Shown: positions 40,560 to 51,079 of the stretch, piece by piece
Layout of the letters: every line of letters starts with the position of its first letter
Position numbering within the stretch: position 1 is the first letter of the stretch
Assembly: GCA_963701855.1 (NCBI GenBank)
Contig: CAVPBK010000001.1
Coordinates: forward strand, 96,001 to 160,000
DNA: 64,000 nt
Reading direction: 5' to 3'
From: Nitrospirota bacterium
GTDB taxonomy: Bacteria > Nitrospirota > Nitrospiria > Nitrospirales > Nitrospiraceae
Translations under genes and position numbers: made by a program
Notes under the pieces: model-generated
What the model was told of the DNA's origin: nothing
What the model saw: the letters and a program-made list of their open reading frames with translations, nothing else
The model's database searches: none

Positions 40560-40949
40560 ATGTTCGGCCCAATCACGCTCCCCTTCGGAGCCAAAATGCT
40601 GTTCAATACCGTTATGCTCAAGCCCGGAGTCACGTTCGAGGATGTTGAATTGGCCGTGGGTGAACTCTGCAGCGTCGTTAAAGGAGCCTATGGAGGTGAC
40701 AAAGGCGGATTCCTCGCTGGGCAAGTGTTCAAGTTCTCCGGCTTCGTATCAAACGAGGGCTCTCTCTCTGCATCCAGAACCGCCGACGACCATTATGTCA
40801 TTGTTACATATTGGCGCACTTTCGAAGAGCACGAACGATCCCATGCGGATGAAGTCTTCAACGACAAATTTACCGCGTTGGCGGCCATGTGTTCCGACAC
40901 CAAAGAACTAGGGTACGACATGCTTTGGCAAGGCGAAGCAGGAGGCTGA
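40560..40949 (+). CDS. Conserved hypothetical protein, possible dimeric alpha/beta-barrel fold
   Basis: GGAGG RBS; YVIVTYWRTFEEHERSH resembles an ABM-like strand-helix. Confidence 0.7.
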   Translation: MFGPITLPFGAKMLFNTVMLKPGVTFEDVELAVGELCSVVKGAYGGDKGGFLAGQVFKFSGFVSNEGSLSASRTADDHYVIVTYWRTFEEHERSHADEVFNDKFTALAAMCSDTKELGYDMLWQGEAGG

Positions 40950-41581
40950 TTACGAAGGCGACCACCACCCCGAAGACTATATAAATGGGTGCATCATACG
41001 ATTCCCGCAACCTGGCTTTCTAGGCCAATCGAGGAACGGTTGACCGAGCCCCTCCATCGGCGTAGCATGCTCTCCTGACGTTCCAGTGACGGTGGCTGCT
41101 GAATCTTCCGCACGCTACTACTCGTCATCCCACGCGCCGGATCTCGCACAGCCCCCTTCACTCCTACGCCGGGCTTTTTCTCGTAGCGCATCGCCGCCAG
41201 GGTAGAAATCCTTTTGAACGAGGGTTCTCATGGTGACGGTCAGCCGCCCAATCCTCCATCCCTTCTTGGCACCGATCTTTACGCCAAGTATCTGCTCCGT
41301 GCTTGCACCGATTCCCGTTCAGGCCGCTGAAACCCCATCCTTTCTGCCGGCTACTGCGCCTACCGAACGTCTCACCTCGTCGATCACCTGGCTGGATAAC
41401 CTTGGGCACAGGCTGATGACGAACTTCACGCGGCAGCCTCACTGGCCGTTCTCTGGCAACGAATCATGCCGAACGAGGAGTCCAGTTTTGTATATCCCAG
41501 GTTGGAAACTACGCTATCAACCGAAGGAGCCCGCACCGAAAATTGCAGTGAACGTTCGAACATCAGGAGGAGGATCTGATC

Positions 41582-41821
41582 ATGATTTCTCATACACCCG
41601 TCACTGATCGCATTCTCGGAGCAGTCCAACGCACGCATGGGTGCGATCTGGATACGTTGACAAACAGTCTCTCTGACCTATCATGGGGCCAGGTCTTTCT
41701 TGAAGTCGATCGGCTAAGCCGGGAGGGTGAGGTCCTGGTGACGCTCGACACCGGAGGTCGCTACATGATCCGGATGCCGGAGCACAAGAAAGGGCGCGCG
41801 ACCCACTACGTCCGGTCCTGA
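41582..41821 (+). CDS. Small putative winged-helix protein (paralog 2 of 3)
   Basis: SWGQVFLEVDRLSREG; AGGAGG RBS. Confidence 0.75.
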   Translation: MISHTPVTDRILGAVQRTHGCDLDTLTNSLSDLSWGQVFLEVDRLSREGEVLVTLDTGGRYMIRMPEHKKGRATHYVRS

Positions 41822-41904
41822 TCAACGAAGGGGTCGGAGGGGATCGCGAGCGAGGAGGGACATCCTCACTGATCCTCAACTGGGCGATTATCCCTAACTT
41901 GACT

Positions 41905-42340
41905 TAAGGATACTGAGCAAGGCTTGACCTGGCGTTTCACTGCGCGCATCCAACGAAATCTTTTGATTCCACCTCTCTCTCCAGGGGAGTGGCCGAGGCT
42001 GCCCTTTACTGCGCGCATCGAGCGATATACATGTTCCCTCCAAGCTTGCTCGTTCTCTCTCTAGGGATGGGGGCTGATGGATCTTCCACTGCGCGCGTTC
42101 AACGAGGGCCTTCCGAGGCCGCGCGTTGCGCGAGCACAGAAGATCACCAGGCTCCATCCTCTCCTCTGTTCTGCGAGCAAGAAGGGCACCTGGCCGCGCC
42201 CTATCCTCTCCTCCCGGCTCTCCCCTTTCTCTCATCGGAGGGCGGCCTGTTTGGTCTCCCACTGCGCGCGTCCAACGAGGGCCTTCTCAGGCCGCGCGTT
42301 GCGCGAGCACAGGAGACCAACAGGCTGCCCTCCTTCCCCT
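41905..42340 (+). repeat. Nested array of four family A core modules
   Basis: ACTGCGCGC starts near 41939, 42008, 42088 and 42261, each with a different closing stem. Confidence 0.85.
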
Positions 42341-42976
42341 CTATTCGAAGAACTTCCTCACCCCCGCCTTAATCTGGTCCAGCCCCTGGCGCAAGTCGGT
42401 TTCAAGCACATCGGCCTTGGCCTGCACCCCCACGCGCTTGGCCTTGAGCTCGTCCTTGAACGACACCAGCTTAGTGAGTAGCTCCTGCTTCTTTGACTCC
42501 AGCGTAACTTGCTGTTTGGCTTTCTCGCTCTCAAAGCGGCCCTTGAGTGCCTCAAACTCGGCTTCGAGGGTGCTCGTCCGGCCCACGAGATCCTCCCAAA
42601 CCTTGCCTGATTCGAACGAAGCCCCTTTCACTTTCTGCTCCGCAACAGATTCGAACTCATTCAGAGCCTTGAGAATCTTTGTCCTCTGCTCCTCGAACGT
42701 GTCGCGGGCGTCCGCCTTGCCGAGGGCCAACTGGACTTGCAAGTGTTCGAGCTTGGCCTGCACGTCAGTCTTTGCCTGCTCTGCCATCTCCTTCGACTTC
42801 TGCACGTCGGACTGGACCTGCTTGAGCAGATCTCGTAGCTGTTGCTTGCGCTGTTCCAGCCGCTGCTGCGCTTGATCTTTCGTCTGGGTCAGTTGCGCTT
42901 CAAACGCCAGCGCCTGATGCTCCAACGCATCCAACTTCTTGTCGAACGATGCTCTGAGTTCCTTGATTCGCGACAT
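42341..42976 (-). CDS. Coiled-coil hypothetical protein
   Basis: K/E/Q/L-rich heptads; HLQVQLALGKADARDTFEEQ; GAGG RBS. Confidence 0.8.
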   Translation of the reverse strand: MSRIKELRASFDKKLDALEHQALAFEAQLTQTKDQAQQRLEQRKQQLRDLLKQVQSDVQKSKEMAEQAKTDVQAKLEHLQVQLALGKADARDTFEEQRTKILKALNEFESVAEQKVKGASFESGKVWEDLVGRTSTLEAEFEALKGRFESEKAKQQVTLESKKQELLTKLVSFKDELKAKRVGVQAKADVLETDLRQGLDQIKAGVRKFFE

Positions 42977-43193
42977 GGGGACCTCCTCTGGGTGAAATGG
43001 AACATATAAACCAGCTGCCTTCTTCTGCCGAGCGTGGCATGATATCGTCGCCAAAAGCAGGGAAGAGAGAGTCATCGCTTGACCTTGCACTGGACTGCCA
43101 GCACGCCATGACAATCCACCTATTCCATCCCTGCATAGCGCAGTATCGCGTCAAGCAATGGTCCCTTTTGCGGCATGAACCCAAGAGCCAGGG

Positions 43194-44477
43194 CTAGGGA
43201 GTCTTTGCACAACGAAACCCATAGCCGAAGTGCCGATTCGTCGGCTGGGCAGCGAACCGGTGCGCGGAACGCAGGAACTCAGGGACATAGAGCCAGGACC
43301 CACCCCGCACCACTTTAGCCTCACCAGTTGTCGGCCCTATTGGGTTCCGCCGCGGGCTGTTCTTATAATAGTCATAGTCATACCAGTCGCTGACCCATTC
43401 CCAGGCATTTCCGGCCATGTCATAGATGCCATAGGGACTCCGGCCTTCTTCGAAAGATCCTACCGGGACCAAGGCCAAATGGTTGTTCCATTCCTTTCTT
43501 CCGTAATTCGCGTGAAGCCGCGTAGGTGCTTCATTACCCCAGGGATAGATGCGTCCATCCGTCCCCCGCGCCGCCTTCTCCCACTCGGCCTCCGTCGGCA
43601 GCCTCTTGCCGGCCCATTTGCAGTACATGACAGCATCCTCCCAATCCACGTTTACAACCGGGCGTTTCTGATGTTGGGATTGATTCATAATATACCAGTC
43701 CGGCGGCTCCTCCATGTCAGTCGCCTCCAGATATTTGGCGTACTGTCCTACCGTCACCTCGTACTTGTCCATATAGAAGGCATTGAGGTAGACGTGATGT
43801 GCGGGACTTTCGTCATCTGCCAGATTACTCCCCATCGTGAATTCCCCTGCCGGCACCAGCGCCATCGGCACCCCTTGCATACCGACCTGCCCTTCCCCTC
43901 CCGTCAATCCGTCTAGTCTCAGCATGCTCGGCGAGGCAGTCGATCGCCGCTGTGAGAGTTTCGCTAGCAATTGTTGGTAGACAACCTGTTGCTCTTCGTT
44001 GAGACCCATCTCGTCGGCAGCGTCCAGAGTGTCCTTCGCCTGCTTCATCCTGTCGGGCGACGCCTTTCCGCCTGTGATCAGATCCTTCGCTTCGTCCAGC
44101 AATCGCCATACCTTCACTTCGTCCAGTAACTGCCACACCTTCGCTTTGCGTAATCGTGGTTTAGCCGATCCGACCACTGCAGATTTGGCATCCAGTTCCA
44201 GCGCGGTCTCGTAATGTTCTTCCGCGCATGCCCAGGCTTTCAAGCCCCGACAGGCCTCAGCCAAGTAGAAATGCGCCTGTGAATTCGACGGATCTTTCTT
44301 CACGCCGGCTTCCAGCTCCATGCGCGCCTCTGTATACTGTTTTTTCTTCAGTAGTTCCACCCATTTGGCAAATTCCTTATCGCCGGTATGGGCGGCCTGA
44401 GCGGTCACAGAGTTAGCGATCATCCCCGACCACATGAAGAGACACAACACGGTAAGTATTCTCACCATCTGCCTCAT
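43194..44477 (-). CDS. Exported TPR plus formylglycine-generating-enzyme (SUMF1) domain protein
   Basis: TPR helices; FTMGS, RLPTEAEWEKAARG, DMAGNAWEW, RGGSW, GFRC. Confidence 0.92.
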   Translation of the reverse strand: MRQMVRILTVLCLFMWSGMIANSVTAQAAHTGDKEFAKWVELLKKKQYTEARMELEAGVKKDPSNSQAHFYLAEACRGLKAWACAEEHYETALELDAKSAVVGSAKPRLRKAKVWQLLDEVKVWRLLDEAKDLITGGKASPDRMKQAKDTLDAADEMGLNEEQQVVYQQLLAKLSQRRSTASPSMLRLDGLTGGEGQVGMQGVPMALVPAGEFTMGSNLADDESPAHHVYLNAFYMDKYEVTVGQYAKYLEATDMEEPPDWYIMNQSQHQKRPVVNVDWEDAVMYCKWAGKRLPTEAEWEKAARGTDGRIYPWGNEAPTRLHANYGRKEWNNHLALVPVGSFEEGRSPYGIYDMAGNAWEWVSDWYDYDYYKNSPRRNPIGPTTGEAKVVRGGSWLYVPEFLRSAHRFAAQPTNRHFGYGFRCAKTP

Positions 44478-44599
44478 GGAAGCTCCTCTCCCAATTGTGA
44501 TTCCTTCGTGGATTCGACCTCGCCTGCTGGCACAGATCACGAGTCACGACAAGCCCGGCGAGCTTACCAGAAAACGAAAACGGTGGTCATGAGCTCAAC

Positions 44600-44990
44600 G
44601 GTTCCCCCTCTTGCGCCCGTCGAGCTACCACTACGATGCTCCCCTCAAGCTTGCTCGTTATCTCTCTCGGGATGGGGGCTGATTGATCTTCCACTGCGCA
44701 CAGCTTTCTCACCCGCCCACCCACTGGCACGCCGAGACGTGCCATTAGCCCGGGCGAGGGCCCTCCAATCCTCTTTACCTCTCTTGAAGGGAGTGGCAAA
44801 GGCTGCCCTTTACAGCGTGCATCGAACGAGCACCGTTTCACTGTGCGCGTTCTGCGAGCAAGAAGGGCACCTGGCCGCTCCATCCCCATCCTTCCGAGGC
44901 CGCGCGTTGCGCGAGCACAAAAGATCATCAGGCTCCATCCCGTATTCTGCTCCGCAAGCAAGGGATCAGCACAGATGTCATTCCACCCAT
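44600..44990 (+). repeat. Nested array of family A core modules
   Basis: Same modules as 41905..42340 in a different nesting order. Confidence 0.85.
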
Positions 44991-45037
44991 TTTTTTCTCC
45001 AGCTAGCCCTGCCGACATCGAGGCCGATCGCATCGCT

Positions 45038-45400
45038 TCACTTGGCGAGGGTCCGCACATAGGTCAGCACGTCTCTGCTCTCTTTCTCCGAGAGGCGGAC
45101 ATCCCAAGGCGGCATGTTCGGTTTGCCGTCATGGATAGTCTTGATCAGGTCGGCATCGGATTTCTTTCTGGTCGATGGTGATGTGAGGTTAGCCGGATCC
45201 GGTCCACGAAGAAACTTGTACCCATCCCCTCCACCCTCCGGCCCGTGGCAACCGGTGCAGTATCTGACAAACAGGATCTTTCCACGCGCCACATCGCCGC
45301 TCCGAGCCCTGGGCTCAGCTTGTCCTAACGCCACAGTCCCGAATAAAAGGCCGCTCACAAGCCCGACTGTTGCCATCTTAAGCATCCAGCTCCGCTTCAT
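45038..45400 (-). CDS. Periplasmic monoheme cytochrome c
   Basis: Signal peptide, CTGCH, MPPW. Confidence 0.92.
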   Translation of the reverse strand: MKRSWMLKMATVGLVSGLLFGTVALGQAEPRARSGDVARGKILFVRYCTGCHGPEGGGDGYKFLRGPDPANLTSPSTRKKSDADLIKTIHDGKPNMPPWDVRLSEKESRDVLTYVRTLAK

Positions 45401-45485
45401 AACATTTCCTTCCGTTCGGTGTGCCCTACCGGCTGCATGCAATCGAAGCCCTGCCTTCGATGTAGCAGATCGAGCCTCCAGACCA

Positions 45486-45782
45486 CTAGTCCGGTTGTCG
45501 ATCGATCCCCGCTTTGATGGTCACGAATCGCCAAACCCCGACCCCCAGGAACAACATGCCCGTGACCAGCGAGACCACACCCAGCGCTTGAAATCCGCCC
45601 CCCTCCAGCCACCACACGGCCGGAATTCCAACGGCAAAAAACCCCAGCGCAGTTCTGATGTACGACAGCAACGTGCGCTCGTTGGCCAACTCGGTCCGTT
45701 GCCGGGCCAGCCGATCCCGCACAAGGGTATCCGATTGCTCAGGCATAGGAGACTCCGATTTCTCGCCGAAACGATACTCCAT
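45486..45782 (-). CDS. DUF202 (YidH-like) membrane protein
   Basis: RTELANERTLLSYIRTAL. Confidence 0.9.
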   Translation of the reverse strand: MEYRFGEKSESPMPEQSDTLVRDRLARQRTELANERTLLSYIRTALGFFAVGIPAVWWLEGGGFQALGVVSLVTGMLFLGVGVWRFVTIKAGIDRQPD

Positions 45783-45864
45783 CGAATCGTGAAGCTCAAC
45801 AGATGTGCAGCAAAATCAGACGTCCGCCGTTTCAGCCTCTCCAAGATTACTTATACTTTCCTCA

Positions 45865-46050
45865 CGGGAGGGTGATCTGTTTGATCTCCCACTGCGCGCG
45901 TCGAACAACCGCTATGATGGTCCATCCAAGCTTGCTCGCTTTCCCATTGTGGAATGGCACTCGTGGTGGTCCTACTGCGGCCGTCGAGCGAGCACATTCT
46001 GATCGTGCGCGCTCCGGGAGCACAGGACCATCACGGGTGTCATTCCACTC
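45865..46050 (+). repeat. Family A core modules
   Basis: CCCACTGCGCGCGTCGAAC, CCAAGCTTGCTCG, stem GTGGAATGGCAC/GTGTCATTCCAC. Confidence 0.75.
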
Positions 46051-49000
46051 CTACACCCACTCCGGCGCATACTCCTTCCCTGCTTCTTTTTCTGCGAACC
46101 ATCGATACAGGGCCGGCAAGACCACCAACGTGAGTGCCGTCGAGGTAAAGAGGCCGCCGATGACGACGGTTGCGAGCGGCCGCTGGACTTCGGCACCGAT
46201 CCCCTGCGCGAGCGCCAATGGCAGCAGACCCAGCAGCGTCGTCATCATCGTCATGACGACGGGGCGAAGCCGGAGGACGCAACCGCTGACGATAGCCTGG
46301 TCCATCTGCGCGCCTTCGCTGCGCAACTGATTGATATAGGAGACCAGCACGATCCCGTTCCCCACCGCAAGGCCGAATAGTTCGATAAAGCCGATGGAAG
46401 CCGGCAGACTCAGATATTGTCCGCTCAGCCACAGAGACACAACGCCCCCGATCAAGGCGAAGGGGAGATTGATCATGATCAACGTCGCGTAACGGAGCGA
46501 GTGAAACGCCCAGAAGAGCAGAAAAAACACGAGCCCCAGCGTAATAGGCACCACGATTACCAGCCGCTCGTTGGCCCGCTCCATGTTCTCGAACGCTCCG
46601 CCCCACGTCATCTGGTACCCTTCAGGCAGGTGTACCAATGATTCCAGTTTCTGCCGCCCTTCATCCACGACGCTGCCGATGTCGCGCCCGACGACATTGA
46701 AGCCGATGTAGATGCGGCGCTTCACTTGCTCCCGGCTGATGCTGAACGGCCCTTCGCGCATCTCGATCGTGGCGAGTTCGCTCATCGGGATCAGCGCGCC
46801 GGACGCCGACTTCACCCGAATCTCTCCGATGGTGCCGATGCTGTTGCGTTGCAGTTCCGGGAACCGAAGCGTCAATTGAAACCGCCGCTCGCCTTCGTAG
46901 ACATGGGTCACCGCCTTGCCGCCGATCGCGGTGGTCACGATCTCCTGCACGTCGGCCACGTTAATGCCAAAACGGGCGATCTTCTGCCGGTCAATGTCGA
47001 GCGTCAGATAGGGCTGGCCGGCAATCTGCTCGACTTTGATGTCTTTGACGCCGTTGATCAGCTGCATCAAGGCGGCAATCTTCTCCGCCTTGTCGTGCAG
47101 CACATCAAGATCCTCCCCGTACAGCTTAATCGCGCATTCCGCCCTGACGCCGGAGATGAGCTCGTCCACCCGGTGTTGAATCGGCTGGCTCATGAGCACG
47201 GAGATGCCTGGAATCTCCGCCAGTTTTTTCCGGATGGCGTCGGTCAATTGCGGCTGAGTGGTCGCCGTCTTCCATGTGCTCCGATCACTCAGAGACACGA
47301 TTGGCTCGCTCTCGTTCAGTTCCTCCGGCCCTACAGCAATCTCCGGCCTGCCGATCTTGCTCACGGCCATCCGGACTTCTGGAAACTCCAGCATGACCTT
47401 ATGGGCTTGTTTCTCCATCTCTATGGACTCCGGCAGCGAGACGCTCGGCAGCCGAACAATCTTGGGCGTCAGAGTGCCTTCTTCTAGTAGTGGGATGAAC
47501 TCCCGTCCCACAAATGGAACAAGGGCAAGGCTGCAAAGCACGATCGCTGTCGAGCTGCCGAGCACGAGACTGCGATGCCGGAAGGTCCAGGTTAGCACCG
47601 GCACATAGCGCTGTTTCATCCAACCAGCGAGGCGCGTTTCTTCCGGATGGTCTCCACGCAAGATCAATGATGCGAGCACCGGCGACAGGGTCAACGTGAC
47701 TACGACCGAAGCCAAGAGAGCGATCACCAACGTGTAGGCCAGCGGTGCGAACATCTTCCCTTCCATGCCGTGGAGCGTCATCAGCGGCAAAAACACGACA
47801 CTGATGATCAGAATGCTAAACAGGATCGGCCGGCCCACTTCTTTCGTGGCCTGAAGAATCACCTCCGACGTACTCTTCTTCGTTGCGCCATGGTTCTGCG
47901 CCAGGTGCCGATAGACGTTTTCCACCACGACCAGCGATCCGTCCGCAATCTCGCCGATGGCGATGGCGAGTCCGCCGAGCGTCATCAAGTTGGCCGAGAG
48001 CCCCAGCCGCTGCATCACGATGAATGTGATCAGGGGAGTGACGATGAGCGAGACCGTCACCACGACGGCGCTGCGGACGTGGCCCAGAAAGAAAAAGAAG
48101 ACGAAGATCACCAGCACGATCCCTTCAATCAAAGCATCCCGCACCGTATTGATCGCCGCCGTGACCAACTCGGTGCGATCGTAAAAAGGCAGGAGCTTCG
48201 TGCCCGAAGGAAGGATATTGTTCTGCTGGAGATCTTCCACCTTGGTCTTCACCGCTTCGACTACCTGACGAGCATTGCCCCCGCGAATCATGAGCACGGT
48301 GCCAGCCACGACCTCCCGCTCGCCGTTGAGCACCACTGACCCAAGGCGGACGGCGTGGCCGATGCGGACTTCCGCGACATCACGAACGAAGACCGGGGTG
48401 CCGCCGGCCTCTTTCACGATGATGGACTCGATATCGCTCATTGTCTTGATGAGGCCCAGGCTGCGGACGATCGCCCGTTCTGCATGGCGCTCCAGCACAT
48501 TGCCACCGGCATTGGCATTGTTCTTTGCCACCGCGCTGTAAATGTCGTGGAGCGTCAGGTCGAACTTGCGGAGCTTGGCCGGATCGACCAGGACTTGATA
48601 CTGTTTGACGAACCCGCCCATGCCGTTCACATCGATCACGCCGGGCACGCTCTTGAGCAAGGGGCGCAAAACCCAGTCCTGGAGCGTGCGCTGATCCATC
48701 AACTCCGTCTCGATGATCTTGGGGTCGGTCTCCGCCGCATTCGGCCCTTCCACATAATATTGATAGACCTCGCCCAGCCCGGTACTCACAGGGGCCATGA
48801 CAGGCTCCAGCCCATCGGGCAATCGCTCCTTCGCCGCCATGATCCGTTCGAGAACCAACTGGCGGGCGAAGTAGATATCGACGTCGTCGTTGAACACGAC
48901 CGTGATCTGGGAGAGGGCGAATTTTGAAAGGGATCGGATCTCCGCTAAACCTGGCAGGCCGGTCATCTGGAGTTCGAGCGGATAGGTGATGAATCGTTCG

Positions 49001-49182
49001 ACTTCGACCGGTGAGAGACCGGGCGCGTCGGTCAGCACCTGCACCTGGATGTTCGTTACGTCGGGATACGCATCGATCGGGATAGACTGAAAGGCGAAGA
49101 CACCGGCGACGGACAACAGGCAGGCCAGGCCCAGAACCAGTATCCGCTGTCGCAGCGAAAATTCCAGAAGAGAGGCGATCAT
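46051..49182 (-). CDS. czcA: CzcA/CusA heavy-metal RND efflux permease
   Basis: PIDAYPDVT, GLGEVY, GLAIAIG..ADGS, LRLRPVVMT. Confidence 0.95.
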   Translation of the reverse strand: MIASLLEFSLRQRILVLGLACLLSVAGVFAFQSIPIDAYPDVTNIQVQVLTDAPGLSPVEVERFITYPLELQMTGLPGLAEIRSLSKFALSQITVVFNDDVDIYFARQLVLERIMAAKERLPDGLEPVMAPVSTGLGEVYQYYVEGPNAAETDPKIIETELMDQRTLQDWVLRPLLKSVPGVIDVNGMGGFVKQYQVLVDPAKLRKFDLTLHDIYSAVAKNNANAGGNVLERHAERAIVRSLGLIKTMSDIESIIVKEAGGTPVFVRDVAEVRIGHAVRLGSVVLNGEREVVAGTVLMIRGGNARQVVEAVKTKVEDLQQNNILPSGTKLLPFYDRTELVTAAINTVRDALIEGIVLVIFVFFFFLGHVRSAVVVTVSLIVTPLITFIVMQRLGLSANLMTLGGLAIAIGEIADGSLVVVENVYRHLAQNHGATKKSTSEVILQATKEVGRPILFSILIISVVFLPLMTLHGMEGKMFAPLAYTLVIALLASVVVTLTLSPVLASLILRGDHPEETRLAGWMKQRYVPVLTWTFRHRSLVLGSSTAIVLCSLALVPFVGREFIPLLEEGTLTPKIVRLPSVSLPESIEMEKQAHKVMLEFPEVRMAVSKIGRPEIAVGPEELNESEPIVSLSDRSTWKTATTQPQLTDAIRKKLAEIPGISVLMSQPIQHRVDELISGVRAECAIKLYGEDLDVLHDKAEKIAALMQLINGVKDIKVEQIAGQPYLTLDIDRQKIARFGINVADVQEIVTTAIGGKAVTHVYEGERRFQLTLRFPELQRNSIGTIGEIRVKSASGALIPMSELATIEMREGPFSISREQVKRRIYIGFNVVGRDIGSVVDEGRQKLESLVHLPEGYQMTWGGAFENMERANERLVIVVPITLGLVFFLLFWAFHSLRYATLIMINLPFALIGGVVSLWLSGQYLSLPASIGFIELFGLAVGNGIVLVSYINQLRSEGAQMDQAIVSGCVLRLRPVVMTMMTTLLGLLPLALAQGIGAEVQRPLATVVIGGLFTSTALTLVVLPALYRWFAEKEAGKEYAPEWV

Positions 49183-50375
49183 AGCGTCGGCTCGATCTTG
49201 TGGCGTTCCATCTCAGACTTGAGGACGAACGATCCCTTGGTCACAACCTGCTCGCCGGCGCTCACCCCCTCCAACACCGTTACTACCTCTCCCTGCTCGC
49301 TTCCCACCTTGACCATTCGCGCTTCGAAGTCATTCGTTCCCCGTTGAACAAATACCATCGTACCGGTTGGCCCGCTTTGGACTGCCTCGAGCGGCACAGT
49401 CAGGGCGTCCGGAGTCGGCGACGCATAGACGAGGACGGTGGCAAACATTTCCGGTTTCAGCAGCCGATCGGGATTCAGCACCGTCACCCGCAGGCGCATC
49501 GTACGGGTGGCCGGATCGAGCACATCCCCGATGTAGGTGATCGTTCCCGGAACGATGGCATGGGGATAGGCGAACACAATCACATTGACCTTCAGGTCCT
49601 TCCGGATGAACTCCACGTCCTTCTCCGGCACGTTGCCGACGACCCACACATCCGAAAGATCCGCGACGGTGAAGAGCTTCTGCTGCGTCTCGACCACCTC
49701 GCCCCTCGTGATTTTGCGCGTGATGACCCGGCCGTCGAAAGGCGCCCGTAGGGACACATCCGCCTTGATCGTATCCTCGCGATCCAGCCGTTCGACTTCC
49801 TGCCGGGGGACGCCGAGCAGTTCCAGACGGTTCCGCGCCTCGCGGGCTTCGGCTTGTGCCGTTTTCATCGTGGCCTCGCGGCGTTGCAACTCGGCCAGAC
49901 TCACAACCTTTTGTTCATACAGGTCCCTGGCACGCTCGTACGCCAGTTTCGCTTCGTGCAATTTTGCAGCAGATTTCAGATATGCCCCCTCCGCCACACC
50001 GAGGTCCGTACTGTGGAGCAACGCCAGCAAGGCGTCTTTCTTTACGTCTTGGCCGACATCCACATAGACCTTCACCACTCGGCCCCTGATGAGCGTGGTC
50101 ACCTCAGCCAGTTCATTTTCGTTGGCTTGAACTGTGGCGGGAAATTCCCGAGGTACCAGCAACTGGCCTCGGACAACCGGCGCGACCTCGATCACCGTCC
50201 GCGCGAGTTCTTCGGCTGTGAGATGGACAACTCCTGGCTTGTCGGCCACAACAGTCTTCTTAGCCTCACGCGCTTGATCGGGAGTTCTCTCGCAGGCAAT
50301 AAGCCCGGCGAACGCTAAGGCAACGAGGATAACGACTCTACGTCGATCGTGAAACGTGAAACGCTTCATGGTCAT
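49179..50375 (-). CDS. czcB: CzcB-like RND periplasmic adaptor
   Basis: APFDG, ADLSDVWV, LKPEMF, VVTKGSFVLKSE; overlaps czcA. Confidence 0.9.
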   Translation of the reverse strand: MTMKRFTFHDRRRVVILVALAFAGLIACERTPDQAREAKKTVVADKPGVVHLTAEELARTVIEVAPVVRGQLLVPREFPATVQANENELAEVTTLIRGRVVKVYVDVGQDVKKDALLALLHSTDLGVAEGAYLKSAAKLHEAKLAYERARDLYEQKVVSLAELQRREATMKTAQAEAREARNRLELLGVPRQEVERLDREDTIKADVSLRAPFDGRVITRKITRGEVVETQQKLFTVADLSDVWVVGNVPEKDVEFIRKDLKVNVIVFAYPHAIVPGTITYIGDVLDPATRTMRLRVTVLNPDRLLKPEMFATVLVYASPTPDALTVPLEAVQSGPTGTMVFVQRGTNDFEARMVKVGSEQGEVVTVLEGVSAGEQVVTKGSFVLKSEMERHKIEPTL

Positions 50376-50395
50376 ACCTTTCCGTTTTTGGAATC

Positions 50396-50411
50396 AGCAT
50401 GAGGTGTGCCA
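50396..50411 (-). promoter_or_regulatory. Candidate sigma54 promoter for czcBA
   Basis: Minus strand TGGCACACCTCATGCT (GG-N10-GC). Confidence 0.5.
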
Positions 50412-50736
50412 CGAAAAGCTCTCGATTTTACGGAAGAAATGGTCGGTCTAGATGCCTTTTGCCACGTTTCCGATGGAGGACCGTGGTGAAATGCGACAGT
50501 AGGGATTGCGGAGGCGAAGAACCGACAGGAGCGGTTACCACGTGAATGGAATGACCTTCGTGCTAGTTGTGATTTTTCACGAATGATCCCGACAAGGGAA
50601 CCGGGACAACGTGAATAAGACACCATCGTCCTTTAAGGGGACTGCCCGGCGTTGTTGTTCGTAGCGAGGCGAAGGAAGTGCGGCCAAACATGACCCCACT
50701 GGCATTCCAACCCTATTGTCTTCTGGAGATCTCTAA

Positions 50737-51078
50737 TCAAAACCCGTCGAGGGGCACTTTCTTCTTCGCTGCGTATTCGTCGTCGGTGATCAACCCGTCA
50801 TTGTGAATCTGCTTGAGTCGTTTCAGTTTTCCTTCGAGAGAAGAATCTGGATAAGCGGAAGGAGGCGATCCTTTTTCCTGTCCACCGTCTATCCGAGGAG
50901 CGTTCGATAAGAGCTGTTGATAGGCAAGGGCTAACTGTGGCGCCTCAGGGATCAGGAAAGTCCCAAGCCCGTTGTCCTCGTGAGGCAGGCGCTGATATGG
51001 CTCATAGAGAGCTCCGGCGATCATGCGCGGCGGATCCTGCCACATCAGCTCGCGGATGCTCGACATCGCATTGTGAGT
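50737..51078 (-). pseudogene. 3' remnant of a SHOCT-domain lipoprotein gene
   Basis: IRELMWQDP...LKRLKQIHNDGLITDDEY aligns by eye to the C-terminal half of 51593..52534. Confidence 0.65.
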
Positions 51079-51079
51079 G

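Noticed and set aside
41905..42340. Possible CRISPR array
   Set aside because: Units are degenerate, nested and unevenly spaced, and there are no cas genes in the window
41894..45062. ORFs spanning repeat clusters (e.g. 41989..42372, 44388..45062; also 2122..2562, 23495..24109)
   Set aside because: They are translations of the repeat core (ARVQRGPSEAARCAS / RPRVARAQ) or antisense shadows of real genes
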